From positions 79,174,001 through 79,238,000 of the forward strand of contig OZ360232.1 of the NCBI GenBank assembly GCA_977017645.1: a stretch of 64,000 nt of DNA, in the 5' to 3' direction. This document shows, one piece after another, positions 47,676 to 61,100 of this stretch (its first letter is position 1; every line of letters begins with the position of its first letter). Made by a program: the position numbers and the translations under genes. Origin of the DNA: Torpedo marmorata. Lineage: Eukaryota. The notes below the pieces were generated by a model. The model saw only the letters and a list, made by a program, of their open reading frames with translations. It searched no databases and was not told the DNA's origin.

Positions 47676-49904
47676 GTAAGCTAAAATATCAATGCAGTGC
47701 TCTAATTATATAAAGTTTGTATTATTATTTAGAACTATTTGATCTCATAAAGAACTCACTGTGTGGAATTGAGGTAGAGATGGTTATAATTAGACCAAGT
47801 ATTTCATTCCCATTTTGGATCTATGAAATGCCATCTTAAAGAACACTTTGTCCATTATTCACTGAGACTCGTACATTCTAGAGTAAAATAATCAACTTAG
47901 TCAAACTTTGCAGCTATGGAATGTTGTCTGTTCATAATATGATTATAGAACCAGTGAAATGCCACACTATTCTTTATATTGGTGTTTCTTGATAATGTAT
48001 TTAAATACATTAAAATATAGTTAAAGGCTAACTTTTATAGAGCTTTTGGCAATGGTAACAATTAATACTCATTTGTTTTAATAGTGAGGTAAGGAGTATA
48101 TTCAATGAAGTCTCGTGGGTCTCCAAAAGATTTTTTTGGCTGCATAACCTCTAGCATGTGCTTCATGAACCAGAAAATGAAAAGATTATCATTTAATTCA
48201 AAAGGAAACTCAGATTACACATCTGTATTCATACAGCGTGTACAAAATAGATAAAAAGATAACTCTACCAATGCGTGTTACATGTGATAATCAGATAAAA
48301 GAAATAAAAGCAAACCAAACCAATTAAAAAGGTAACTGAGAAAATTAAAAGCCCGGTCAGAGGTGAGTTTTAAAGGAATCTGGAAGAGAAAGTTGGTGAT
48401 TTTGGGAAGAAATTCTAAGCCTTAAAGACTGAATGGAAAAATTGAATTGGTAAAGTGTGAGGTCAGATTAGAAAGTCATGGTTTTGGAAAGATTTAAGGC
48501 TGAAGCCTTGACTTGATATTAACCTGGAAATGAAAGATTTGAAGCTATTTAGGCCCAAAATCAGTCAGAAAGAATGTGAGTGATAAATGGGACTTGATAC
48601 ATATAGAGAAAGCAGGGCTATATGATGTGGATATATAGACTAAGTTGAGAAGTCACCCAAGTCATTGGAGTAGATGAAAATAAAATGGGAATACTCAAAA
48701 AGAAAAACTCGTCAGACAGTTTCGGTAGCAAGAAAAGCAGTTAACACTCTCCCCGACCACTTTGCTGCGTAGACTAACTTGTTTTCTCTCTTGGCTTGGT
48801 TCTGATTAAAGTGTTTTGACCTGAAACATTAACTGTTTCTCTTCCACCAGATGCTGTTTGATCTGCTGAACTTTTCCAGCATTTTCTGTTTTTATTTCAG
48901 ATTTACAGCATCTACAGTTTTTAATCTGAATAGGTGAACATGCAGGTAACAAGGGTGTAAACGAGGATATCAGCAGCAGCAGATGGCTTCAGAGGCTGAG
49001 CATCCTGCAATTCCTCAACTCTACCATTCACCATCATGCTTTCCGCAATGTTGGCCTTGCATTCTGCAATTCTCTCCTCTCCACCGCCTTAAAAGTTATT
49101 CTTTTAATATATTGTTTATATTATCCCTTTTGCTCATTACTTAATTTTGTCAGTCGATGTTGCAGTGAAACACATTAGCTCACCTTTCTTTGGAAGGGTT
49201 TTACATAACTGTAAATTGGTCTCTCGCAAAAAATAGTTTTTCCTTCCTCACTATGCAGCTCATTTGCAAAAACACGAGATTTGTTTATGCTAAATTTGAC
49301 AACAAAATAATATCCAGCGTCTTTCTGGCCTCACACTGCCACATAATTCAAGACCATCGTAGTGCAAGCTTTCGGCAATAGGAGTATGAGCACACACAGT
49401 CTGCAATCAAGGAAGCAGGTTGGATAAGTCTATAGTTATAAAATAATAATTATAAACAGGATATGATCTACCTCTTGTCTACAAACACAGCCTTTCTCTT
49501 GTAAGTAATCCTGTCGGACATCTTATTTCACCATAAACTCTGGGGATATGTCATCAGATTCTTTGTGTAATAGCCTGAGGCTTCCTGGCCCCACCCCTAC
49601 TCCCCAGTGTCTCTTGCTTATACAAGAAAATTGGCATCTTTAGAACATAAGAAACAGGAGTATGTAAGCCAAACAGTGCTTGAGCATGTACTAAAATCAT
49701 GGAATAGGCAAACTTCCCTTTAATTTTTAGATATGGGAATTGGAAACAATCCAGCTGTTGACAGGCCTTCCTTCCAGATTTTGTTTTTGAAAATAATAAG
49801 GTACTTGCAAGGTGGCAAAAGTGTCTTTTGTTAATTTCATATCATTATTGTGATTAAAATCTTTATTAGGGATGTATCTTCTATATTATTCTTTACTACT
49901 GGTT

Positions 49905-50104
49905 GTGTTTAAAAACACACAAAAATGCTGGTAGAACTCAGCCGGTCTCGCAGGGTCAATAGGAGGTAAAGATATATTACTGACGTTTCGGGCCTGAGAC
50001 CTTCAAGGAATAAGCAAATAACAGGAAGGCAAGACTGGCTGAGTTCCTCCAGCATTTCTGTGTGTTTTTACTACAATCTCAGAATCTGCAGACTTTCGTG
50101 TTTC
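49905..50104. mobile_element. Miniature inverted pair of Penelope pLTR ends
   Basis: AAAACACACAAAAATGCTGG..AACTCAGCC versus GGCTGAGTT..CCAGCATTTCTGTGTGTTTT; flanked by ACTACTGGTT direct repeats. Confidence 0.75.
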
Positions 50105-52739
50105 ACTACTGGTTTATGTACCTTGCTGTTAAACATCCAAAGAGCTAATTTCAACTTTGATGTAGTTTTTATGATGTATGTGTCCAGACTGTTTTTGTAT
50201 TTTAAGTATGGGTACAAAGACTGGCATTTCCACAAGTACAACAAAGAATGTGGGTGTAAGTTTAATAGGTATAAATGTTGGTTAATAGAGAAGCCGATGA
50301 ATTGAAGTGCATAATTTCTGGAAAAGTGCAAGTATGGTGAACATTTTCAAAAGCTTGCTGATGGTGCAGTCAAAAGGACAATAAATAATAACTAAGAGGA
50401 GATTCATTTTGTTGGTGGGTAAAGAAAACTTAATCACTTCAAACTCTGAAAGTAAGAAACTGCATAATGTTGAAGAGCAGGAAGATTGAGATTTTCAGAT
50501 TAATAAATCACTTGAGACAAACAGGGAGAGATCATAGACCTTTGATTATCCTATTTTCTAAAAAAAAAAAAAATCTTATTTCTAATATATTCATAGCGAT
50601 GGTTTAGAATTCCAAAAATTCTCAACTCCCAGTGCAATGAAATTCGTATTTGCATCTTAAATGAGTGATGCCTTATTCTGCATCTATTCCCTCAAGTTCT
50701 AGATGCACTGATAATGGGAAAACACCACCCCCACCCCCCAAACAAATTATCCTTTTACCCACTTCCAACTGTCTGAGTCCTCTTGGACACCACCCTCCAG
50801 TAGCTTTCTTGCTCTTGAACATTTTATCTCCAATTACTGGACCCTGACATTCTATTTTGGAATTTTGTATGGTATATGAAGATCTCTTTGTTCTTCTAAA
50901 CTGCAAAGTATGCGCCTAACATTTTTTGGGATACAGCATGGTAACAGGCCCACGAGCTTAGTCAATATTTTTTTTCTTAACAGTCTATTCTTCCTGGAAT
51001 CAACCTAATGTTCCTATGAACAGCCTCCAATGCAAATGTATATGCCTCCTTAAATAAAGCTTCATGTAGTACTCCAATTGTTGGGAAACACTTGTATTCC
51101 AGCCCCTTCCATTTGTTGTCATAAGTATTTGCTGTATCTACCTGCAGACTTTTTATACAAGGACACCAAGATACCGTGCATACCAGCATTCTATTGTCTT
51201 GTTCATTTAAATAAACTATTTAATTTCTTCTTTAACAGTTGACCCCAATTTCCCCATATTGGACTCTGCTGACTTATTAAACGTATACCTTTTGCAGTCT
51301 CTTTATGAACTTTTTTAAAATAAGAACATTCGTTTCCAATCCACTGAGACCTTTCCTGGGGGGAATTTTGGAAGATCAGAAACAATGTTCCACTCCTTCA
51401 ACAACCACTTAAATTCGAGAATGCAGGCCACCTGTCAAGAAGACCTATCAGCCAGTCTTCTCCAGTGATAATTAAGTTACTCCCTCTGTTTTCTCAATGT
51501 TCTATTATTGTTGGAGTGCTTCAAAAGTGTTCTAACTTGGAGAGAAGCAATATATTTGTCGTCTTCTATCAATTTCTCATTATTTCTTAAATCTTGTTCT
51601 CTAAGGGACCAATTTTTGTCACTCTTTCTATATACTTGCAGAAGCTTTTACTAACTCAATTTTATTCTTTTTTTCTTGGTCATCCTTTGGTTTCTATTTT
51701 TTTCCCCAATCTTCACAACATTAAATCAATTTTTTCTTAATTTGATACTGAACTTTACTATTTTATGATCATTTTACCCCACAGGATTCTTTACAATGAA
51801 ATTATTAATCCTTTCAACTGGGCCAATTTATATTGAAACGAAAGTCATTAATGATTATTATTGTACAGTTCTTACAAGCTCCCATTATTGCTTGATTTAT
51901 ATACCCTGTCCTACGGCATGGCTGTTAAGAGGGACTATAGATTACACCCACCGGTGAATTCTTTTCTTTGCTATGTCTTATCACCACTAAAATCGATTCT
52001 GCATCTTGCCTATCTAAACTGCAATCATTTCTCGCTGTTGACTACCATAGAAATAATGCAGGTCAGATAAAAAGTTAATAATATAAAATCCACCCTAAAC
52101 CTTCCAGGAATATAGATTTCAAATGGATGAAGTATTACATTTGTGTGGGGTCAATCAGGCTGCAATATTTTACTGTGCATAGTTGTAAACACTGTACATT
52201 AAAGGGAATATAGAAGCATTGGTAAAACTGCAAGAAAGGTTTACAAGGATGACACTCAAACCAAAAGAATAGTTAATGCAACAGGTTTGTTTTTTCTCAT
52301 CTGAGAAAAGAGATGGCAGAGGAAACAAGACGGAGATTTTTAAAAATAGAGGGTGGAAGTAAAGAGAATCTTCCTATTTGTGACTGATTCCATAGCCAGG
52401 AGCTAAGAGTACGCTAATAAATCCAATAGAGAAAATGAGGAGTCATTTACTTGGTATGGTTAATCGGGGTATTGCTAAGTCTCATTACTTAAATGCTTTC
52501 AAGAGGAAACTAGACATGTGCAGAGACAAATAGAAATAAAAAAATATACTGAAAATGTGAGATGTGGATAGAACAGCTTAGGACATGGTGTGTATCATAA
52601 ACAACACAACTTGTGGTTTGTTTCTTTGCTTAATATTGCATACATATTAATCTTGTTTTTTCTCAAAGGGCATAGAGTAAAAGAAAACTGCTATATTTGG
52701 GCAAGTACATGGTTAAGTTGCATGCAGTGTTATAAGAAC

Positions 52740-53255
52740 AATGTTAAGGCCATAGAACATGTTCAGCGGATATTCAGCAAGAATAATCACAAGAATGATT
52801 CCTGGAATGAAGGGATTAGCATATGAGGAACGTTTGATGGTTCTTGGTCTGTACGCCTTGGGAGTTCAGAATAATGAGGGGTGACCTCTTAAAAACATTT
52901 TGAATGTTGAAAGGCCTGGACAATGTAGATGTGGCAAAGTTGTTTCCCATGGTGGGGAAGTTAGGACAAAAAGGCACAACTTCAGGATTGAAAGACTCCC
53001 ATTTAAAACAGATGCGGAGGAATTTCTTTAGTCAGAGAGTGGTGAACCTCTGAAATTTGTTACCTTGGGTGGCTGTGGAGGCCAAGTTGTTGGGTGTATT
53101 TAAGGCAAAGATGGGTATCTGAAGAGTCGGAATCAAGGGCTATGGGGAGAATGCAGGGGAGTGGGGCTGAGTGGGAGAATGGATCAGCTCATTTTGGAAT
53201 GGGAGAGCAGACTTGATGGGCTGAGTGGCCTACTTCTGCTCCTATATCTCGTGGT
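52740..53255 (+). mobile_element. CR1 3' fragment
   Basis: Colinear with CR1 C-terminus (..TTCTTTAGTCAGAGAGTGGTGAA..) and CR1 tail TGGCCTACTTCTGCTCCTATATCT. Confidence 0.75.
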
Positions 53256-53344
53256 CTAAGATGTCAGAAATAATGGACGTAGTGGTATTTTTTTCCACTG
53301 GCCTAAAGACAGTAAAAATGAAGGTTTAAATTTATTTATTTTTT

Positions 53345-53582
53345 TTTAATTTAGACATACAGCACGGTAACAGGCCATTTCGGCCCACAAGTCCATGCTG
53401 CCCAATTTACACCCAATTAACCTACACCTCGGTACATTTCGAATAGTGGGAGGAAACCGGAGCCCCCGGGGAAAACCCACGCAGACACGGGGAGAACGTA
53501 CAGACAGCGCGGAATTCGAGTCCCGGTCCCAATCGCTGGTGCTGTAAATGCGTTGCGCTAACCGCTACGCCAACCGTGCCGT
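53345..53582 (-). mobile_element. tRNA-derived HE1/V-SINE-like SINE with CR1-type tail
   Basis: Box A GGCGTAGCGG, box B-like ACTCGAATTC, V-domain-like TCCCCGTGTCTGCGTGGGTTT..CTCCGGTTTCCTCCCAC, tail GGCCTGTTACCGTGCTGTA. Confidence 0.85.
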
Positions 53583-53849
53583 AAGCTTTGGTTGGTCAGA
53601 TAAATAAGAAATTTATTTTCTTGTGAAGAATGTGGATTCATAGCTAAGGGGTCAAATTATTGGTGTTCATTGGTTGAGAGAGTCTGAGATATCCTTAAAC
53701 AACCATTGAGACAAGGAGGGCCTTGCCACGTGGAGTGAAAGAGAAATGGATAAACATTTTAAAGGGCAATGTTAAGAAGAGATAAAATAGCTGTCTTGTT
53801 TAGTTTTGGGAAAAGAACCATTCAAATTAGATGAACCAAATGTATCATG

Positions 53850-54331
53850 TAGTAAAAACATTAAAATGCTGGAGGAACTCAGTACATCTCGCAGCTTTCA
53901 TAGGAGGTAAAGATATATAACCAACGTTTTGGGCCTGAGCCCTTCTACAAGGTATGAGAAAAAAGCAGGCAGGTGCCTGAATATAAAGGCTGGGGAAAAG
54001 GGAAGGGAAGGGCAGGGGGAGGAGCACAGGCCAACAGACAAAAGGTGATAATGGAACATGGATAGGAAAGGTGAGAATTGATCGAGTGGGGGAGTGGCTT
54101 TGTGAATGCAGAGCTGGAGGAAAAGAGACGGAAAGGGAAAGAGAGAACTCAAGGAAAGGAGAAATGGGGTTAAGAAAATGGGGAGATGTGGGGGGGGGGG
54201 GGCAAGGTGGCTAAAGGAAACAATCTTCTCTGGTTTCTGTTAGCCGTCCCCTTTCACTATCCCTATTTCTTCTTTCCTCGAGCTCTGTCTCTCTTGCCCT
54301 CATCACCTTTTGTCTGTTGGCCTGGCCTCCG
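53850..54331. mobile_element. Penelope pLTR with short inverted segment
   Basis: Minus-strand pLTR ~53850-54220 plus inverted piece ~54225-54330; flanked by direct repeat ACCAAATGTATCATG. Confidence 0.8.
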
Positions 54332-54459
54332 ACCAAATGTATCATGATCAGTTGTATATTGCATTCAATTATAGGTCACTTGCCAGCAAATTTGAACCTT
54401 TTCTACATTTGACAAACATTGAACTGACAAATTATCATTGTAGTTCTGACTGAATTGGG

Positions 54460-55690
54460 TAAAAACACACCGAAACGCTGGAGGAACTCAGCCGGTCATG
54501 CAGAGTCCATTGGAGATAAAGATATATTGCTGACATTTTGGGCCTGAGCCCTTCTTCAAGGAATAGGCAAAGAATAAGCTAAAACAGGAAATCTCAGAAT
54601 AGAGACAGTGCTGGCTGGGAGAGGAGTCCAGACCAACAAAAGGTAATAATTAGATATGGTAAGGGAAGAGTTGAGAATTGATTTTGTCTGTGCGAAGGGA
54701 GACAGAGGGAAAAGGGAGAGAGACAGCTGGGGGAAGGCGGTGGGGGTTTTAACGAAAGCCAGAAAAGTCTGTTAATGCCATCTGGTTGGAGGGTGACCAG
54801 ATGGAAGATGAGGTGGTGTTCCTCCAATTTGCGGGTGGTCTCAGTATGGCAGTGCTTAATACTATGGACAGACATGTCAGCAATGGGATGGGGAATTGAA
54901 ATGGGTGGCCACTGGGAGATCCACTAGATTGTGACGGACAGAGCCGAGGTACGGGGACTCAACACAGCGATCTCTCAGTCTGCGCCCAGTCTCTCCAATG
55001 TAGAGGAGACCACAACGGGAGCACCGGATGCAGTAGATAACCCCTGCAGATTCACAAGTGAAATGTTGCTTCACTTGGAAGGACTGTTTGGGGCCCCGAA
55101 TGGTGTTGAGGGAGGAGGTGTGGGCGCAGGTGGAGCATCTCCTGCAGTCACAGGGGTAGGTACCAAGGGGGCGATTGGTGGGGAGGGAGGAGTGGACAAG
55201 AGAGTCACTGAGGGAGCGGTCCCTGCGGAAGCAGGAGAGGGGAATATGTGTCTAGTGGTGGGATGGTAGGTGAGAACAAGAGGAATCCTGATCTTGTTGC
55301 GCGTGGGGGCGGAGGGGGCCAGGGCAGATGTGCGGGTAATGGAGGATATGCGGGTGAGGGCCAAGTTGATGGTGGTAGAGGGAAAGCCACATTATTTGAA
55401 GGAGGACATCTCTGATGATGTGGCAAAGAAGTCCTCGTCCTGGATGCAGATGCGACGGAGACGGAGAAATTGAGAGAATGGAATACAATCCTTGTAGGGG
55501 ACAGGGTGTGAAGAGGTGTAGTCGAGGTAGCTGTGGGAGTTGGTGGGTTTGTAGAAGATGTCTGTTGAGAGTTTGTCTTCCGAGATGGAGACGGATAGAG
55601 GAAAGGGAGAGTGTTGCTGGAGATGGACCAAGTGAATTTGAGGTTGGGGTGGAAGTTGGCAGCAAAGTGGATGAAGTCAACGAAGGTAGT
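54460..55690 (-). mobile_element. Penelope-like element fragment (RT C-terminus, GIY-YIG, pLTR)
   Basis: ORFs 55392..55631, 54877..55074 (VIYCIRC...LYIGETGR), 54594..54875. Confidence 0.88.
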
Positions 55691-56131
55691 GACTGAATAG
55701 GATGCCTATTTACATTCCCATTGAGCATGGCAGAAAGGATGCTAGAATCAGTGTATGTGACAGTGAGGAGAGGGAATTATCATGCCAGAATTCTAATGCT
55801 TGTCTGGTATCAGATAATGTATGCAAAATCATGCCTCTGTTTATATTCAACCTGAATAGTGTCAAGTTTACAGGGTTTAAAATCCAGCCAAAAATAGTTA
55901 TCCAGGATCCAACATGAAGAATGTTATTCTTCCAGAGCAAGGTCTTGACACAACCAGTTTTGGGTTTAGATGGTGATGATTGTAAAAGTGGCAGATCGTG
56001 TGAATCTGGAAAATAAAATTGTATAATAATTTTAACATTTTTTAATTGAAGTTCTTCAGTATTCATGTAGTTATCACTCTACTGTTTGTAGCTGTCCTGC
56101 TTACCTTGTCGACATAATTCTTGTACTGTAG

Positions 56132-56313
56132 TGGAGCTGGCGATGATCATGGACAGGCTGTATGGTGGAGTATGCTATGCCGGCATTGACACGGACCCAG
56201 AGTTAAAATATCCAAAAGGTGCAGGACGTGTGGCTTTCTCAAATCAACAAAGCTATATTGCTGCTATCAGTGCTCGCTTTGTCCAGTTACAGCATGGAGA
56301 CATTGATAAACGG
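56132..56313 (+). CDS. CPEB4: CPEB4-like coding exon (RRM2)
   Basis: gtag|TG GAG...AAA CGG|gtaagt; ELAMIMDRLYGGVCYAGIDTDPELKYPKGAGRVAFSNQQSYIAAISARFVQLQHGDIDKR. Confidence 0.96.
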
Positions 56314-56454
56314 GTAAGTGCAAGTTGCTGCACATTATAAAAATATTAGAACAGAATCTGTGCAGGAGAGGACCTGTCTCATAAATTTGACTTGAGCTTT
56401 TTGAGGGTGACAATGATTGATGAGGGTAGGGTAGTGGATAAGGTCTACAAGAAT

Positions 56455-56723
56455 TAAATTAAATTTTAAATTTAAACTTACAGCACTGTAACAGGCCATT
56501 TTGGCCCTACGAGTCCGTGCCGCCCAATTTACACCCCATTAACCTACACCCCCGGTACATTTTGAAGGGTGGGAGGAAACTGGAGCCCCTGGAGAAAACC
56601 CACGCAGACACGGGGAGAACGTACAAACTCCTTACAGACAGCGCGGGACTCGAACCCAGGTCCAGTCCCGATCACTGGCGCTGTAAAGGTGTTGCGCTAA
56701 CCACTACGCCAACCGTGCCGCCC
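56455..56723 (-). mobile_element. HE1/V-SINE-like SINE inserted in an old CR1 fragment
   Basis: Near-identical to 53345-53582; box B GGTTCGAGTCC; (TTTAAA)-rich tail. Confidence 0.85.
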
Positions 56724-57369
56724 TAATTTGACAAGGTTACTCGTGGTAGACTCGAACAGAAGATCAAGTCACATAGGATCCTCACTGAATAGACAAGTTA
56801 GATCCAAAATTGGCTTCTGCATTGAAGACAGAGATTAGTGGGATTAGTTTGGCATTGTAATTGATGCATATATGGTGGTCCAAAAGATCTGTTCCTGTGT
56901 TATACTATTCCATGTTGTATGTAATGGACCTAAAAATAAGAAGATGTCCACCTGCAAAGTCAAGATGTATCCCAATACATTTTATTTCAGTTTTGCTTCC
57001 TTTATAAGAATAAAAATTTGGTCATCTTTTCCAATTTTTAATTCAAATACTGACCAGTATTATTTTAGTTATCAAAACAATTTTAGTGATGGACACGACT
57101 ATTTAATTAAATGTAATTAAATTTAAGTATTGTTAGCCAAACTACAATCTTTAAACCGAATATTAACTTTGGTCTTCTGCCTGTTTGAAGTAGGTAAAGG
57201 AGAAATTAGGCTTATTGTTGTCTTAACTAAATTTAACCTTCAGTGTTAATGGCAAATAACAGACCATCGAGTCAACTATTTTGTTGCTTTGGGATTTTGA
57301 GTATTGGTTGTCTATACTGCAAAAATAATTTTTATTTTACAGTCTATGCGATTAAAATCTGTTTTATTA

Positions 57370-57600
57370 AAATTAAAATTTTATTTACAGCAATGGTAGC
57401 AGCCAATTCCAGCCATTTAAACCCATGCTGCCCAATTACACCCAAATTAACCAACAACCCCGTACGAGGGTGGGAGGAAACCGGAGCACTCGGGGAAAAC
57501 CCATGCAAACACGGGGAGAATGTACAAACTCCTTACAGACAGCGCTGGGTACGAACCCGGGTCACTGGCGCTGTAAAAGCGTCCCGTTGGCCGTACTGCT
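57370..57600 (-). mobile_element. HE1/V-SINE-like SINE (more diverged)
   Basis: Colinear similarity to 56455-56723. Confidence 0.75.
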
Positions 57601-57649
57601 CAGCAGCTTATAGATTCGGAACTTGACAGCTGATTTTAACATTATTCCG

Positions 57650-57725
57650 AGGGCAGTTCGAACCCACGTAGTAAATCCCCAATGGGATTTCAAATCCAAT
57701 GCCTTTACTACTCTGCCATCACAGC
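57650..57725 (-). pseudogene. tRNA-Ser-like pseudogene/fragment
   Basis: Minus strand GCTGTGATGGCAGAGTAGTAAAGGCATTGGATTTGAAATCCCATTGGGG...GGGTTCGAAC resembles tRNA-Ser (anticodon TGA, long variable arm); 3' acceptor strand missing. Confidence 0.6.
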
Positions 57726-57899
57726 TCACCCAATTAATTTTTCAACTTTTAATTAAAATAATTGGATAAAATATGGTCTTGTTATTCTTGAGCAGAATGT
57801 GCAGATCTCAGAAACCAGTATCAGGAATTGTGCTTTTTTTTTTTTTTGCTTAATATTTATTTCTACTTCTATTCATGGAAATCTTGTGTTAACTTTTAG

Positions 57900-58127
57900 G
57901 TGGAAGTGAAGCCATATGTCCTTGATGATCAACTATGTGATGAATGCCAGGGTACCCGCTGTGGTGGGAAATTTGCTCCATTCTTCTGTGCCAATGTCAC
58001 ATGTCTACAGTATTACTGTGAATACTGCTGGGCAGCCATACATTCTCGTGCTGGGAGAGAGTTCCACAAGCCACTTGTAAAAGAAGGAGGAGACCGTCCA
58101 CGCCAGGTTCCGTTCCGGTGGAGCTAA
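57900..58127 (+). CDS. CPEB4: CPEB4-like terminal coding exon (ZZ zinc finger, stop TAA)
   Basis: ttag|GTG GAA...; VEVKPYVLDDQLCDECQGTRCGGKFAPFFCANVTCLQYYCEYCWAAIHSRAGREFHKPLVKEGGDRPRQVPFRWS*. Confidence 0.96.
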   Translation: MEVKPYVLDDQLCDECQGTRCGGKFAPFFCANVTCLQYYCEYCWAAIHSRAGREFHKPLVKEGGDRPRQVPFRWS

Positions 58128-61100
58128 AAGAAATATTTAAATATGATTCTAGTGGCAAGATGAGTGTGTTCTTGGGCTGCAGATGCCAGATTAGTTAGGA
58201 ATAATAAATAAGTGCATTCTTCTACTGCCTCATCCCATATTTCAAAACTTAGTCTTTAAATTCACTTAAAGCTGTTGATTAATCTCAAGTTTCAATGTTT
58301 CAATATGCATAGATTGACTTGTGATAACACTGGATATATGATCCTTATCTTAATGGAATAATACTGATTCAGTCTGAGTGCATGATTGGTATTTCTGGAA
58401 AACACTTGCACAGCTTGCTGCTGTACTTGTGGAAAATGTTATGTTAAGGAAATTGACAACAAAGAACCAGTTTTAAGTACGTTTATAGTTGCATAGACAA
58501 AATTAATGTGAAGTTGTTCTGCAGCCCCTTCTGTTTTTGTTTTCAATTAAATTGTATCTAAAGTAGCAGAAGAGCACAAGAAAAATGAGCCCTAAAACAA
58601 CATAAATCCCAATGTTCTTTTTAAAACATAAACCTGTCAGTGTGGTTTTTAAAAAGTTGTTTCTGACACACTACAAACTTTCTGAACAAGTATGCAGGGT
58701 AAATGCTTTTAGTGCTTTTCCCATCCCTTCACCTCCCCAAAATGATTTTCGAAAAGGGGGTTTAGATTGCTGCTATGGTTGAAGTGTGCACTTATTTCAG
58801 AAAAGGAAAACCACAATTCGAAGATCTGCTGCCCCTAAAAGTTTACCAAAGTTGTTGAGATTGACGCAAATTTAATTGTAGAGAGGCATTTTCGTTGCTG
58901 GAAGAGATTTTATACCTTTATTTTTTTGATGTTGCTATTTACAAAGTCCACTTGATCTACTAATATATTGTCATGTGTCAGCTTTTGCTCTCCATTTTGA
59001 CACACAAAAGTAATACCTCAAATGTAGCCTTGATTTATATTTTTTTATTTTTAGTGATGCTATTTAATTGCAAGAGACAATAAAAGCCTTGCTGCTGTTT
59101 AATACAAAATATCATTTCCAGTAAAAATGGGAATTGGAAAATAGCAAAGAAAAAGGCTACATTACAGTACAACTACATGTAGCACAGGCTATGGCTTCAT
59201 CTGCCTAAGATTTTTTTATTTTAATTTTTGTGGAATAGTATGAATGATTGAATGTTTACTTGTACACCGATTTTGCATGCACTATATATTCATACATATT
59301 CCCACTCTCCACAGTACTTGTATTCTGCCTACAAGTTTTGATTAGAAAAAGTTACATATTGAAAATATAAATGGCATAGTAAAACAAAACACTGAAATTC
59401 ATTTGAGAGTGCCAATGTGCATGTTTCTGTGTTTCTATAAGTTAGAATGTGGTGTCACAACACTAAGTGTAAACTATGCAGGTTGGCTTTAAGTGGTACT
59501 GCCTTGCAGTGGCAATGTAGGTGCTGGACTGAATTGAAGGAATTAATTATTGTGTGATTCAGCCAAAGGTGGTTATGCTTCCATGGGTAATTTTTAAAAA
59601 AAATTATATGTGAAAAGTTATTGCTTCTTACTCTTGCTTTTTTCTGATACAGTTCATAGCATCTTCAAACTCCTGCGAACCAAAGACTGGATTGTTCACT
59701 AACTGCTAACTTGTGACCCACAAGTAACACATTGATAATGGCAGTGTAACTATTGCTTTGAAGTAATATGCTTTAAAGAATTAAACCTAGTCAAAATGGA
59801 GACATTTGCTGTTAAATGATCAAGTCCAAATTTGATCTACGTTCTGCCACAGCAGTGACAAACTAACAGCAGCAGAGAGTTGCGAGGGTGCTTACCATAG
59901 CACGTCAGGGATTTACTGTTAAAGTAAAAAAAAAATGTAATTCTTGGTGGCAATTTTTAAGCTATAGAAAATGTTGGTGATCATCCTTTCTTGGTGAACT
60001 AGTGTGTTTTTGTGCCATTCATACCCAATTCTAATGTTTGTAGATGTAGTGAATTAACATTTTTGAAATTTGACACTGAAAAATAACTTTTTTACTGGTA
60101 GTTAAAATCCCTTTTTTACATGATCTGCCTTTGAACATTTTGGTACGTTATTTCTCTAACTGGCTTTTTGTTTCTTTATTCTTTTCCTTTTATATACACA
60201 TACCAACATTTGTTATGCACTACTTTTGTATATCTTGATTTTTTTCCAACAGTTAATATTTTTAAGATCACATTTTCACTGACATCTCTTTTTGCAATAT
60301 GTCGATTTTTCATAATCTAGAGATGAAAAGTTTTTCTGTTTATTCAAAAATTTGCACAGTTATTTGTGCAACAAAAATGAGTTGAAGCAATCAGTTTTAT
60401 TTTCACTTTTTTCTTTTTTCCTTTAACATTTAAAGGCAAATGAAATTTAAATATCATGAATGTTATGATCAGCATTGCTATTAATAAACTGCAGGTTCAA
60501 AATAAAAAAAGATGTTGAACTTGTAACCCTCCTAACTCCAGTGAAAATATTGTTAATGTCTAAAAATAATGATACAGTAGATATTAAGGCCAAGCTACAA
60601 TCTCAGCCCAATCCCCAAATGGGAATTCCAGTTTTTTCAGCTAAGACTCAATAAAAATATTCATGTAGACTTTCTTTCAGCTCCTGCATTTGTGGTATAG
60701 TAGCTGACCTGGCACAATTTCCAATACAAAATGCACACAGAAGAATTAGCAGCAAACTTGGACATATGGATTCTTAGGTGTTTGGTGGTTTAAAAAATAA
60801 ATTTACCTGTTTTTGATGGGCAAAAACTGATTTGACATGCCATCCAGTTACCTCATTTCTCAATAGTGTGCAAGGTTGAAATGATTAAAATTAAAAGCAT
60901 GCATGTGAACAAAAAAAAAACAAAGTATGTAAACTTCAAAACTTGTTGTGTGTTGTAAAGTTGTTTACAAAAGTTAAATTTCATTTCTCACTTGCCCATA
61001 GCATGGCAAATATAAAGAGACCTCTGCAGAATGCATGATTTTAAATCTGATCTTGTGGTTCAAGAAGGAAAGGCGTTTATGAATGCCATTGGAAGGACTT

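Noticed and set aside
57650-57725. Functional tRNA-Ser gene
   Set aside because: Acceptor stem 3' strand and T-stem are disrupted
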